64,000 nt of DNA from an uncultured Bacteroidota bacterium (GTDB lineage Bacteria; Bacteroidota; Rhodothermia; Rhodothermales; DATKEJ01), in NCBI GenBank assembly GCA_963768715.1, contig CAVYJC010000008.1, positions 19,831-83,830 on the forward strand, read 5' to 3'. The notes below the pieces were generated by a model. It saw only the letters and a list, made by a program, of their open reading frames with translations, was not told the origin of the DNA and made no database searches. Every line of letters begins with the position of its first letter. The stretch's first letter is position 1. This document shows, piece by piece, positions 30,612-38,900 of the stretch. A program made the position numbers and the translations under genes.

Positions 30612-31058
30612 ATGAAAGTCATTCTTAAGCAAGACGTAGATACACTCGGATCCACAGGCGACATCGTAAACGTCAAGAACGGTTACGGAAGGAATTTCCT
30701 CATTCCTCGAGGTCTGGCCGTGCTGGCCACGTCGTCGAACGTGAAGGTCGCCGAAGAGAACCGTAGGCAGACATCGCATAGACTGGAGCGACTCATTAAC
30801 GACGCCCAGGAACTCGCCAAACGACTCGAAAGACTCGAAATCGTCATCCCGGCTCGGGTCGGCGAAGAAAGTCGAATTTTTGGAACCGTCACGACACAAC
30901 AGATCGCCGAGGCTCTCGCAGCCAAGGGCGTAGAAATCGACCGTCGAAAAATCGAGCTGCACGAAGAAATTCGGGCGTTGGGCGTTTATCCCGCGTCTGT
31001 CAAGCTTCACGGCGACGTCGTGGCCGAAGTCAAGATTCAGGTGGTTCCCGAAGCCTGA
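30612..31058 (+). CDS. rplI: 50S ribosomal protein L9
   Basis: MKVILKQDVDTLGSTGDIVNVKNGYGRNFLIP. Confidence 0.95.
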   Translation: MKVILKQDVDTLGSTGDIVNVKNGYGRNFLIPRGLAVLATSSNVKVAEENRRQTSHRLERLINDAQELAKRLERLEIVIPARVGEESRIFGTVTTQQIAEALAAKGVEIDRRKIELHEEIRALGVYPASVKLHGDVVAEVKIQVVPEA

Positions 31059-31183
31059 ACGTCGCTCGGTCGGCGATAGAGGCAACCTCCTGCGTTCGGT
31101 TGCGTTGCAAGGCCCCAGAGAGCCGCGTAACGTTGCCGAGACAGGACGATCCAACGACCGTGAACCCGATTACAAAGTCCCGG

Positions 31184-33190
31184 ATGCGCTCGCTGCACGG
31201 CGTCTTCATCGTCGCTGCAGCAGCGATTGGCCTCGCTCTGAGCCCTATCGACGAGGTCAGATGGACGACGAATGTCCCCGAGCAGGTGACAGCCGGGGAG
31301 CATTTCGAACTGTCCCTGACCGCCGAGATCGCCGAAGGATGGTACGTCTACTCTTTGGATTCTCCGGCGGGTAAGCCGCTGGCCATCCTCTTCGATGCAC
31401 CGCCCAAAGGTATCCGGCTCGGCGAGCCCGAACAATCGAGTCCGAACGAGAAGTTCGATCCGAACTTCAAATCTGCCGTCCGCTATTTCGAGAACAGTGC
31501 ATCGGTCTCGATCCCCGTCGTCGTGGCGTCCGACGCGGCACCCGGATACTATGAGCTTACGGGCAAACTGGATTACCAGTATTGCAACGACCGGCTCTGT
31601 ATCCCGAAGATCGAGCCGTTCAGCTTCGCTTTCATTGTGCAGATGTCTGAAGGCGGCGCTGCGGCGATCACGCCACCCGCGATCTCCGAACCACCTGCTC
31701 CTCAACCTGACGATCAACCCGCCCAGGGATCTGGGACAGTCGTGCCAGATTCACGTCTCCAGGGGGTTAGTCCGACCCAGGATCTGGACGTAGCGCGTGC
31801 GGGTGGACTGCTGCCGTTTCTGCTTCTGGCTATCGGAGCGGGTCTTGCAGCGCTCTTGACGCCCTGCGTTTTTCCGATGATACCGCTGACGATCTCGTTC
31901 TTCTCCCATCAGGCGGCTACGCGGCGCAAGGCGGTCAGAATGGCACTCGTTTACGGCCTCTCGATCGTGTTGATTTTCACCGGGCTCGGCGTCCTCATGG
32001 CGGCTTTGGTGGGAGCCGCCGGTGTACAGCTCATCGCGACGAATCCATGGATCAATCTGTTTATCGGCCTGATCTTCGTCGTTTTCTCCCTTTCACTGCT
32101 CGGCTTGTTTGAGCTGCGTCTCCCGTATCGGTTCGTGAATTTCGTCAACGATCGCGGGAGCCAGAAGGGAGGCACGATCGGCGTCATTTTCATGGGGTTG
32201 ACGCTCACGCTCGTATCCTTTTCCTGCACGGCGCCGTTTGTCGGTGGATTGCTTGCCGCAACTGTAATGAATGAATGGACTTGGCCCGTTGCCGGGATGC
32301 TTGCATTCAGCATGACCTTTGCGACGCCGTTCGTTCTGTTCGCAATGTTTCCGAAGTGGTTGAGCAGCCTTCCGAAATCGGGTGCGTGGATGAAGAGCCT
32401 GACGGTGACGCTCGGTTTCGTCGAGCTCGCCGCCGCTTTCAAGTTCATTTCGAACGCCGATCTCGTTTGGGGTTGGGGCATCGTCTCTCGTACGCTCGTG
32501 ATCGCCGCGTGGATCGTGCTTTTCTTCCTTACCGGCGTGTACCTGCTCGGGAAGCTCCGGTTGTCTGAAGAGCCGCCCATCGAGACGGTTGGAACGGTCA
32601 GACTCCTGGTCGCCATGGGCTTCTTCGGACTATCGCTCTACCTGCTCCCGGGCCTGCTCGGGGCTCCGCTTAACAGCCTCGATGCCTACCTTCCTCCGCG
32701 CCAGGCAACCGACGTAAGCCTTTCGTCAATTGTCGCTCGGACGGGTGGCGCTCAAAGTGCCGACGGACTCGACTGGCGCGGAAACGACGTTGCCCCCTAT
32801 GACGCCGTCCTGGCGACGGTATTCGACGAGGCGGCGACTACCGGCAAACCCATTCTTATCGATTTCTCCGGATACACCTGCACGAATTGCCGGCAGATGG
32901 AGGCAAATGTGTTTCCGAACGAGGCCGTTTCGGGTCGACTGAGAGATGGATTCGTACTCATGCGCCTCTTCACCGATGATCCGATCGACGGTCCGGATCT
33001 GCAGCGATATCAGCTCCAGCTCACAGGCACGGTGGCCCTCCCGACATATGCAGTTGTCGATGCCGGCGGAACGCTCCTGCACCGATGGCTGGGCGTCGCG
33101 TCGCAAGAGGAGTTCAGCAGCTTTCTCGACGAAGCGAGCGACCGGTTTGCCAAGACACGGTCTTTCGAGGACCTGACCGCAAAGCGATAG
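31184..33190 (+). CDS. dsbD: thiol:disulfide interchange protein DsbD (CcdA-type TM core plus C-terminal thioredoxin)
   Basis: Start taken at ATG 31184 (signal-like MRSLHGVFIVAAAAIG). TM core with LTPCVFPMIPL and FSCTAPFVG. C-terminal thioredoxin CTNC motif. Stop TAG at 33188-33190. Confidence 0.85.
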   Translation: MRSLHGVFIVAAAAIGLALSPIDEVRWTTNVPEQVTAGEHFELSLTAEIAEGWYVYSLDSPAGKPLAILFDAPPKGIRLGEPEQSSPNEKFDPNFKSAVRYFENSASVSIPVVVASDAAPGYYELTGKLDYQYCNDRLCIPKIEPFSFAFIVQMSEGGAAAITPPAISEPPAPQPDDQPAQGSGTVVPDSRLQGVSPTQDLDVARAGGLLPFLLLAIGAGLAALLTPCVFPMIPLTISFFSHQAATRRKAVRMALVYGLSIVLIFTGLGVLMAALVGAAGVQLIATNPWINLFIGLIFVVFSLSLLGLFELRLPYRFVNFVNDRGSQKGGTIGVIFMGLTLTLVSFSCTAPFVGGLLAATVMNEWTWPVAGMLAFSMTFATPFVLFAMFPKWLSSLPKSGAWMKSLTVTLGFVELAAAFKFISNADLVWGWGIVSRTLVIAAWIVLFFLTGVYLLGKLRLSEEPPIETVGTVRLLVAMGFFGLSLYLLPGLLGAPLNSLDAYLPPRQATDVSLSSIVARTGGAQSADGLDWRGNDVAPYDAVLATVFDEAATTGKPILIDFSGYTCTNCRQMEANVFPNEAVSGRLRDGFVLMRLFTDDPIDGPDLQRYQLQLTGTVALPTYAVVDAGGTLLHRWLGVASQEEFSSFLDEASDRFAKTRSFEDLTAKR

Positions 33191-33193
33191 TAA

Positions 33194-33238
33194 GACTGGG
33201 AATGAATCCCCGGCCTTGAAGCAACGCCCCGTTAACGG
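33194..33238 (-). repeat. conserved intergenic hairpin module (copy 2, inverted relative to copy 1)
   Basis: The reverse complement ccgttaacggggcgttgcttcaaggccgggg... aligns with 13754-13783 at 27/30 positions by hand. Confidence 0.75.
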
Positions 33239-33283
33239 AGCTCGGCGATTGCATCGTCAAGGAATCGGATTTTACCCCGAGTT

Positions 33284-33336
33284 CCATCCTCCATCCTCCA
33301 TCCTCCATCCTCCATCCTCCATCCTCCATCCTCCAT
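33284..33336. repeat. heptanucleotide tandem array (CCATCCT)7 plus partial unit
   Basis: Counted directly: seven perfect units plus CCAT. There is no G on the plus strand across 53 nt. Confidence 0.95.
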
Positions 33337-33414
33337 TTAAGGTTATGTTTCGCGACATCCACGTGTCTATTGAAGGACAAGGGCCAAACTCTTTGCTCCG
33401 ATGCCTTCCGACTG

Positions 33415-34173
33415 ATGTCCCGTTTCTCTCTCGCATCCTCATTCAGTGACCTCCTCTGGCCTCGAACTTGCCTCGCTTGCGGCAGACCGGCAGTCGATCC
33501 CGTGATGTGTCCCTCTTGCCGTCAGCGCTCGAAGCGCGCTTCAACGCCGGTTGAATACACGGCTGATGGGCGGATACGTTCGGCGTTTGCCCTTTGGAAG
33601 TTTGAACGCGATGCACCCGTGCGCCTCGTGCTTCACCGGCTCAAGTATGGAAACTGTCCTTGGATCGGATTGGAGCTCGGTGAGGACCTGGCAAGGTCCG
33701 GTTCGGTCCTGCTCGAGGAACCCTGGGACGTGATCATTCCGGTTCCGCTGCACAAGCTTCGACTTCTGGAGCGTGGGTACAATCAGTCTGATTGGATCGC
33801 ACGCGGAATCGGGCGTGCAATGAATGTGCCCGTGGCTTCTCGCGAGTTGGTGCGTCAGCGGAATACAAAGTCGCAGACCGATCTGGCGCGCGATGACCGC
33901 CGGGCAAACGTCGAGAACGCTTTTGCGCTGAGGGGCGTCTGTGCGCTGGAAGGATGCCGCGTGATCCTGGTCGACGACACGCTGACTACCGGGGCCACGC
34001 TTGGCGCAGCCGCCCGTATTCTCGTCGACGCGGGAGTGGCGTTGGTTCAGCCCGTGGCAGTCGCGCATGCAACCCTCTGGCTGGATGAGGAACAACCCGA
34101 CGTCCGTTCGGTGATACCGTCGCAAACCAAGAGCGTCTCCCATGGAGCTTCCATCGTCGGCTACAATCTGTGA
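33415..34173 (+). CDS. ComF-family protein (phosphoribosyltransferase domain)
   Basis: N-terminal Cys pairs (CLACG..CPSC) and C-terminal PRTase motif VILVDDTLTTGATL. Start is ATG 33415 or TTG 33370. Confidence 0.8.
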   Translation: MSRFSLASSFSDLLWPRTCLACGRPAVDPVMCPSCRQRSKRASTPVEYTADGRIRSAFALWKFERDAPVRLVLHRLKYGNCPWIGLELGEDLARSGSVLLEEPWDVIIPVPLHKLRLLERGYNQSDWIARGIGRAMNVPVASRELVRQRNTKSQTDLARDDRRANVENAFALRGVCALEGCRVILVDDTLTTGATLGAAARILVDAGVALVQPVAVAHATLWLDEEQPDVRSVIPSQTKSVSHGASIVGYNL

Positions 34174-35071
34174 AGTCGGGCTGCGCGACGGCCTGCAGCA
34201 CGAAGAGGAGATCCTTCCGACAGCGTTTAAGATCGAGCTGATCGGTCTGCTCGTCGAGGCCGGCCTAAGAGAGATCCAGGTTGCGTCGTTCGTGCACCCG
34301 AAATGGGTACCCCAGATGGCCGATGCCGAGGCGATTTGCGCGGGGCTCGATCTGCGCAGTGACGTGAAATACACGGCGTTGGCGCTGAACATGAAAGGCG
34401 TCGAAAGAGCGCAGGCGGCGGGTATGAAGATAGTCGATCTTTCGATCTCTTCGAGTGATGCCCACAGCAGGCGCAACGCCAACATGTCGCTCGACGAGGC
34501 GGAGCGCCAAATGATCGACATGATTGATCGCTGCCTCGCACTCGGTATCGAGCCGCGCGCCGGACTCCAATGCGTTTTCGGATGTGCTCACAATGAACCC
34601 GTTCCGGTCGATCGAGTCGTGCGCCTGGCATCCCGAATTGCTGGTGCCGGGGCGGAGTCGGTCTCGCTGGCGGATTCAACGGGCGTGGCGAACCCTGTGC
34701 TGATCCGGAACGTGATCCAGGCGGTTCGTGAGGCGATAGGCGACACGCCTATCGTCCTGCACCTCCACGATACGCGTGGCCTCGGTCTCGCCAACGTCGT
34801 GGCCGGACTCGAAAGCGGCGTCACGCGCTTCGATACGGCCGTTGGTGGTATGGGAGGATGTCCGTTCCTTCCGGGGGCCAGTGGCAACATCCCAACGGAG
34901 GCTACCACTTACCTTCTCGAGTCAATGGGGGTGCAGACCGGGGTCGATTTGCACAAGGTTGCGAGGATAACGGGACTTCTCGAAGAACGGATTGGAAAGC
35001 GTTTTCCGGGATTAATTCATCGGTTGATTATCGACAGGGGAGACGAGGCCGTCCGCCCTCGGTCACGGTAA
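34142..35071 (+). CDS. hydroxymethylglutaryl-CoA lyase
   Basis: ICEVGLRDGLQ, HPKWVPQMAD, LHLHDTRGLGLAN and GGCPF motifs of the HMGL family. Confidence 0.85.
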   Translation: MELPSSATICEVGLRDGLQHEEEILPTAFKIELIGLLVEAGLREIQVASFVHPKWVPQMADAEAICAGLDLRSDVKYTALALNMKGVERAQAAGMKIVDLSISSSDAHSRRNANMSLDEAERQMIDMIDRCLALGIEPRAGLQCVFGCAHNEPVPVDRVVRLASRIAGAGAESVSLADSTGVANPVLIRNVIQAVREAIGDTPIVLHLHDTRGLGLANVVAGLESGVTRFDTAVGGMGGCPFLPGASGNIPTEATTYLLESMGVQTGVDLHKVARITGLLEERIGKRFPGLIHRLIIDRGDEAVRPRSR

Positions 35072-35101
35072 CGGGAAATGAAGTCGGAGACCGGTCGAGC
35101 C

Positions 35102-35734
35102 TCAGCGACGAAGAAAATCCTCGATCCTGAGGCTACTCTCGCACCACTCTACTTCCTGTGGTGAATTCGTAGCGAGAATGACAGCGGTACCGGAGGCCAC
35201 CTCCGACTTGATAATACCGCGCACCATGTCGACGCCGACGGCATCGAGGTTGGAGGAAGGCTCATCGAGGAGCAGAAGATCCGACCCGGCCGCGAGCGCT
35301 ACGGCGAAACGCGCGCGCTGCTTCATTCCCGAAGAAAACGTGCCGACCAGATCGTGTCCGCGATCACCGAGTGAAACACGGGTCATCAAATCGCCAACGG
35401 CTGAACCCCTGTAGGCCGATGCCCTCACACGGCTGACGAAACGGAGGTTTTCTTCGAGCGTGAGGCCATCGTAGAGCTGCAGGTAGGGCGCGACCAGCGC
35501 CACAGAGCGAGCTCGATCGTCATGGTGTACTTCGGCGCCGTTCGATTGGAGCGAGACGTTGCCCCTGGTCGGTGTCAGCACGCCGGCGAGAATCCGCACC
35601 AGTGTGGACTTGCCGCTCCCGTTGGCGCCTGTGACCGCCATGATCTGGCCCTGACCGAGCTCGAAAGAGAGATCTCGGAACAACCAGCGCGATCCGAATC
35701 GCATTGCAAGATTTGTGACCTGCAGTCGAGACAT
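35102..35734 (-). CDS. ABC transporter ATP-binding protein (CcmA-like), no adjacent permease
   Basis: Walker A GANGSGKST, signature FSSGMKQR, Walker B LLLLDEPSSNLD. Its ATG (35734) lies 1 nt after the TAG stop of the upstream T9SS cargo gene. Confidence 0.8.
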   Translation of the reverse strand: MSRLQVTNLAMRFGSRWLFRDLSFELGQGQIMAVTGANGSGKSTLVRILAGVLTPTRGNVSLQSNGAEVHHDDRARSVALVAPYLQLYDGLTLEENLRFVSRVRASAYRGSAVGDLMTRVSLGDRGHDLVGTFSSGMKQRARFAVALAAGSDLLLLDEPSSNLDAVGVDMVRGIIKSEVASGTAVILATNSPQEVEWCESSLRIEDFLRR

Positions 35735-35735
35735 G

Positions 35736-38700
35736 CTACGGAACTACGATGAGCTTACGCGACTTGTGATCGCCGCCTACTGTCAGCATGTAAATGTAGG
35801 TCCCTCCATGCAGACCGTTGACGTCGACTACAACCGAATGATATCCAGCCTCGAACGTGCCTGAGGCAAGCGTCTCGACCAGCCGCCCGGCGATGTCATA
35901 AAGATCGATTCGCGCTTGTGTCGTCGAAGGTACGGCGAATTGAATGTGAACCGTTCCGTGCGCCGGATTGGGGAAACTCTGGAACAAACCGATACTGTTT
36001 GGAGCCTCCTGACAGGCGTTGCCGACTCCGTCGAGATCGGCGTCGAGTTGATCTGAGTTGGGCACAAGCGGACAGTTGTCAGCGTCGTTTTCAACCCCGT
36101 CACCATCCCTGTCCAGATCGCACACGTCTCCTGTGCCGTCATTGTCGAAATCGGCCTGATCATCGTTTGCAACGTAGGGACAGTTGTCTAAGGCATTCGC
36201 CAGGAGATCGCCGTCGATGTCCGGATCGCAAGCATCTCCCAAGGAATCGTTGTCGACGTTCTCCTGACCCGGATTCTTCACCGCCGGGCAATTGTCCTGG
36301 TTGTCATCAATCGAGTCGCCGTCCGTATCGGGGTCGCAGGCATTGCCCGCGCCGTCTCCGTCATCGTCCGCCTGATCCGGATTCGCCACGAGGGGACAGT
36401 TGTCGGAGTCGTTCGCCAGCCCGTCGCCATCCGCGTCACTGTCGCATGCGTCGCCAGTTCCGTCGCCGTCTATATCGCTCTGGTCGGCATTGGCAATCAT
36501 CGGGCAATTGTCATTGATGTCGGTCACGCCGTCGCCGTCGATATCATCATCGCAAAGGTTTCCTATGCCATCCCCGTCGTCGTCCGCCTGGTCAAGGTTG
36601 GCCACAAGCGGGCAGTTGTCGACTTCATTCAGGATCGTATCACCGTCGATATCCGAATCACAGACATCGCCAAAAGCGTCATCATCGATGTTCCGCTGAT
36701 CGGCATTCGCGACGCCGGGACAGTTGTCTGAAGTATTGGGCACCCCGTCTCCATCGACGTCGGTATCGCAGACGTCCCCGATACCGTCGTTGTCCTGGTC
36801 GGCCTGATCGACGTTGGGAGTCCTCGGGCAGTTGTCCTCTGCGTCGTCGATGCCGTCCCCATCGACATCGAGGTCGCACACGTTGCCCCGACCGTCAAGG
36901 TCGTCATCGGCTTGATCCGGATTGGAGAGGTTGGGGCAATTGTCGACATCGTTCGCAACTCCGTCGTTGTCGATGTCGGGATCGCAAGCATCGCCCAGTC
37001 CGTCCGAATCTGTATCGAGCTGGTCCGGATTGGGAATGGCAGGACAATTGTCCGACGAATTGTCGACGAGATCGCCGTCGGCGTCGTTATCGCAAACGTC
37101 TCCGATACCGTCCCCATCGAGATCCTCCTGGCCGGGATTAAAGACGTAGGGACAGTTGTCCATATTGTTGACCAGACCGTCCCCGTCGGCCTCGTTGTCG
37201 CAGGCGTCCCCTGTGCCGTCCGAATCGGTGTCTGTCTGGTCAGGATTGGGTATGGTCGGACAATTATCCTTGCTGTCCTCGATTCCGTCGTCGTCAAGGT
37301 CCTCAAGGACTGGAATATTGTAGAAAGTGAGCAGGCCGATGCCGCGCGTATTGGCGACCCACGCGCCGCTCCCGCTGTGACCCAGGTACGAGATGCCCGT
37401 CGCAGCGGTCCCGTCGCCGGACAGCTGCATCACGACGGTCGGTCCATTCGCTCGTCCGCCGATTACCTTGACGGAGGTACCCTCAAGACGGAAGTAGTTT
37501 TCGGAGCCCGCCTCCCAGAGCATGGCGTCGTCCGGATCTCTGAATCGCAGCGTGACTTCGGAGCGAAGGGTATTCGTGAAGAGGGCCCGGTCGATATTGG
37601 GCGGGTCGATCTCGTCGGTATTGTTTGAGCCGTAGAAGTCGCGCATGACGAGGTGGAATGCCGTTTCACCGATATTCTCATAGCCGCGTTGATAGCTGAA
37701 GTGGCATCCGTCATGGCCGTTCAATCCCGTCGTGGAAATGACCTGGACGTCGGGGAAATTGTCCTCGAATCGTCGCTGCGTATCTCGAAGTTGAATGGAC
37801 GGCGTTCCGCAGCCCGCCCGGATTTGCATTACGTAAATCTTTTGGACTCCGGGATAGTCCTGGCGCAGATCGTTGTACAATGAGGCGAAGCGAGACTGAT
37901 AAACCGCGGGCGGTGTGTTCTGATCGGTGGACCCGTCGGCTTCGCCCTGATACCAGAATATGGCTCTTGCCGTCGCGGCCACGCCGGCCTTCTGGGCCCG
38001 GTAGAGCATCCGCCCGTAGGCCGTATTAAGGTCGGTGCGATTGCCATCGTTCCGCTCGAAATAGAGAATCTGCTCTCCGCCCACCGCCCCATTGATGACG
38101 TTGATAGCCACGCCTGTAGAGTCGAGCAGGAGCCGGGCCATGTGGATAGCCCACTGACCGATAAATCCTTTGCGCGCTCGATCGTCGCCCACGGCCACAT
38201 ACCACGTCAGGTCATTGGCCATATTTGCCGGCTCGGTGCTCACATTTCCGAACGTGCGGATGTTGTTGTCGACGTTTCCGTTCGCAGAGCCCGACCACAT
38301 CCAGGCAAGGGCATTCGACTGTCCGTACACGATGTACGTGTCGCCAACCATCAGTTGCGAAGCGGAATAGAGCACAGACTGGCCGCTGGAGCCCTCTCCA
38401 ACGAGCTCCAGGTCGTAGGGGGACACGCTTGCCGGTGCATCGGCCGTGATCGCGAATGGTATTTCACCCGTCTCGCGCGCTGAGGCGGAAACATCGAATT
38501 CGCGTGTCCTGATGACATTCGTTCCAGATTTGACACGCAGGACCAGGCGATCGACGGTATCGTCCTCGAGCGTGCCCTCAACCTTGAATTGGCCGAGATT
38601 GGTGGTCAGATCACGCGTGATGAATTGGCGGTCGGCCGGAGCCGTGCTAAGGGTTATGCGCGCCGTCTGGCCACGCGCCGTGAATGCCGCACATAACAGC

Positions 38701-38741
38701 ATGCAAACAGGAAGCATCCACAGGCGTACGATCTCCGTCAT
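35736..38741 (-). CDS. T9SS-secreted protein: sialate-O-acetylesterase-like domain, 12 thrombospondin type-3 repeats, Por/T9SS C-terminal sorting domain
   Basis: Start taken at ATG 38741 (signal peptide MTEIVRLWMLPVCMLLCAAFTARGQ). YGQSNA esterase-type motif. Twelve DNCP-containing calcium-binding repeats counted in the translation. C-terminus FPNPAHGTVHIQF...YIYMLTVGG..KSRKLIVV is a T9SS CTD. Confidence 0.75.
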   Translation of the reverse strand: MTEIVRLWMLPVCMLLCAAFTARGQTARITLSTAPADRQFITRDLTTNLGQFKVEGTLEDDTVDRLVLRVKSGTNVIRTREFDVSASARETGEIPFAITADAPASVSPYDLELVGEGSSGQSVLYSASQLMVGDTYIVYGQSNALAWMWSGSANGNVDNNIRTFGNVSTEPANMANDLTWYVAVGDDRARKGFIGQWAIHMARLLLDSTGVAINVINGAVGGEQILYFERNDGNRTDLNTAYGRMLYRAQKAGVAATARAIFWYQGEADGSTDQNTPPAVYQSRFASLYNDLRQDYPGVQKIYVMQIRAGCGTPSIQLRDTQRRFEDNFPDVQVISTTGLNGHDGCHFSYQRGYENIGETAFHLVMRDFYGSNNTDEIDPPNIDRALFTNTLRSEVTLRFRDPDDAMLWEAGSENYFRLEGTSVKVIGGRANGPTVVMQLSGDGTAATGISYLGHSGSGAWVANTRGIGLLTFYNIPVLEDLDDDGIEDSKDNCPTIPNPDQTDTDSDGTGDACDNEADGDGLVNNMDNCPYVFNPGQEDLDGDGIGDVCDNDADGDLVDNSSDNCPAIPNPDQLDTDSDGLGDACDPDIDNDGVANDVDNCPNLSNPDQADDDLDGRGNVCDLDVDGDGIDDAEDNCPRTPNVDQADQDNDGIGDVCDTDVDGDGVPNTSDNCPGVANADQRNIDDDAFGDVCDSDIDGDTILNEVDNCPLVANLDQADDDGDGIGNLCDDDIDGDGVTDINDNCPMIANADQSDIDGDGTGDACDSDADGDGLANDSDNCPLVANPDQADDDGDGAGNACDPDTDGDSIDDNQDNCPAVKNPGQENVDNDSLGDACDPDIDGDLLANALDNCPYVANDDQADFDNDGTGDVCDLDRDGDGVENDADNCPLVPNSDQLDADLDGVGNACQEAPNSIGLFQSFPNPAHGTVHIQFAVPSTTQARIDLYDIAGRLVETLASGTFEAGYHSVVVDVNGLHGGTYIYMLTVGGDHKSRKLIVVP
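36010..37330 (-). repeat. in-frame coding repeats (about 37-aa TSP type-3 units, x12)
   Basis: Periodic D.D.DG..D..DNCP...N.DQ.D pattern in the translation. Boundaries are approximate. Confidence 0.8.
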
Positions 38742-38900
38742 GGAAGACGGGAGCGAGCGTGATTCCGGGCGCAAGGGATTTTGTGTCGACAATTCGAAAC
38801 GCAGGAGGGTGGGGCTCCAAACTTGTTTCATTACGAAATTTCGGGGCGGAACTTACGAAGTTTTGATTGTACTCGCCGACTTATCCAGCCGTTTTTTGCC

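Noticed and set aside
36010-37330. Dense DNA-level periodicity in the 36-37.3 kb region
   Set aside because: It is explained fully by in-frame thrombospondin type-3 repeats of one long CDS. It is not a non-coding or mobile repeat.
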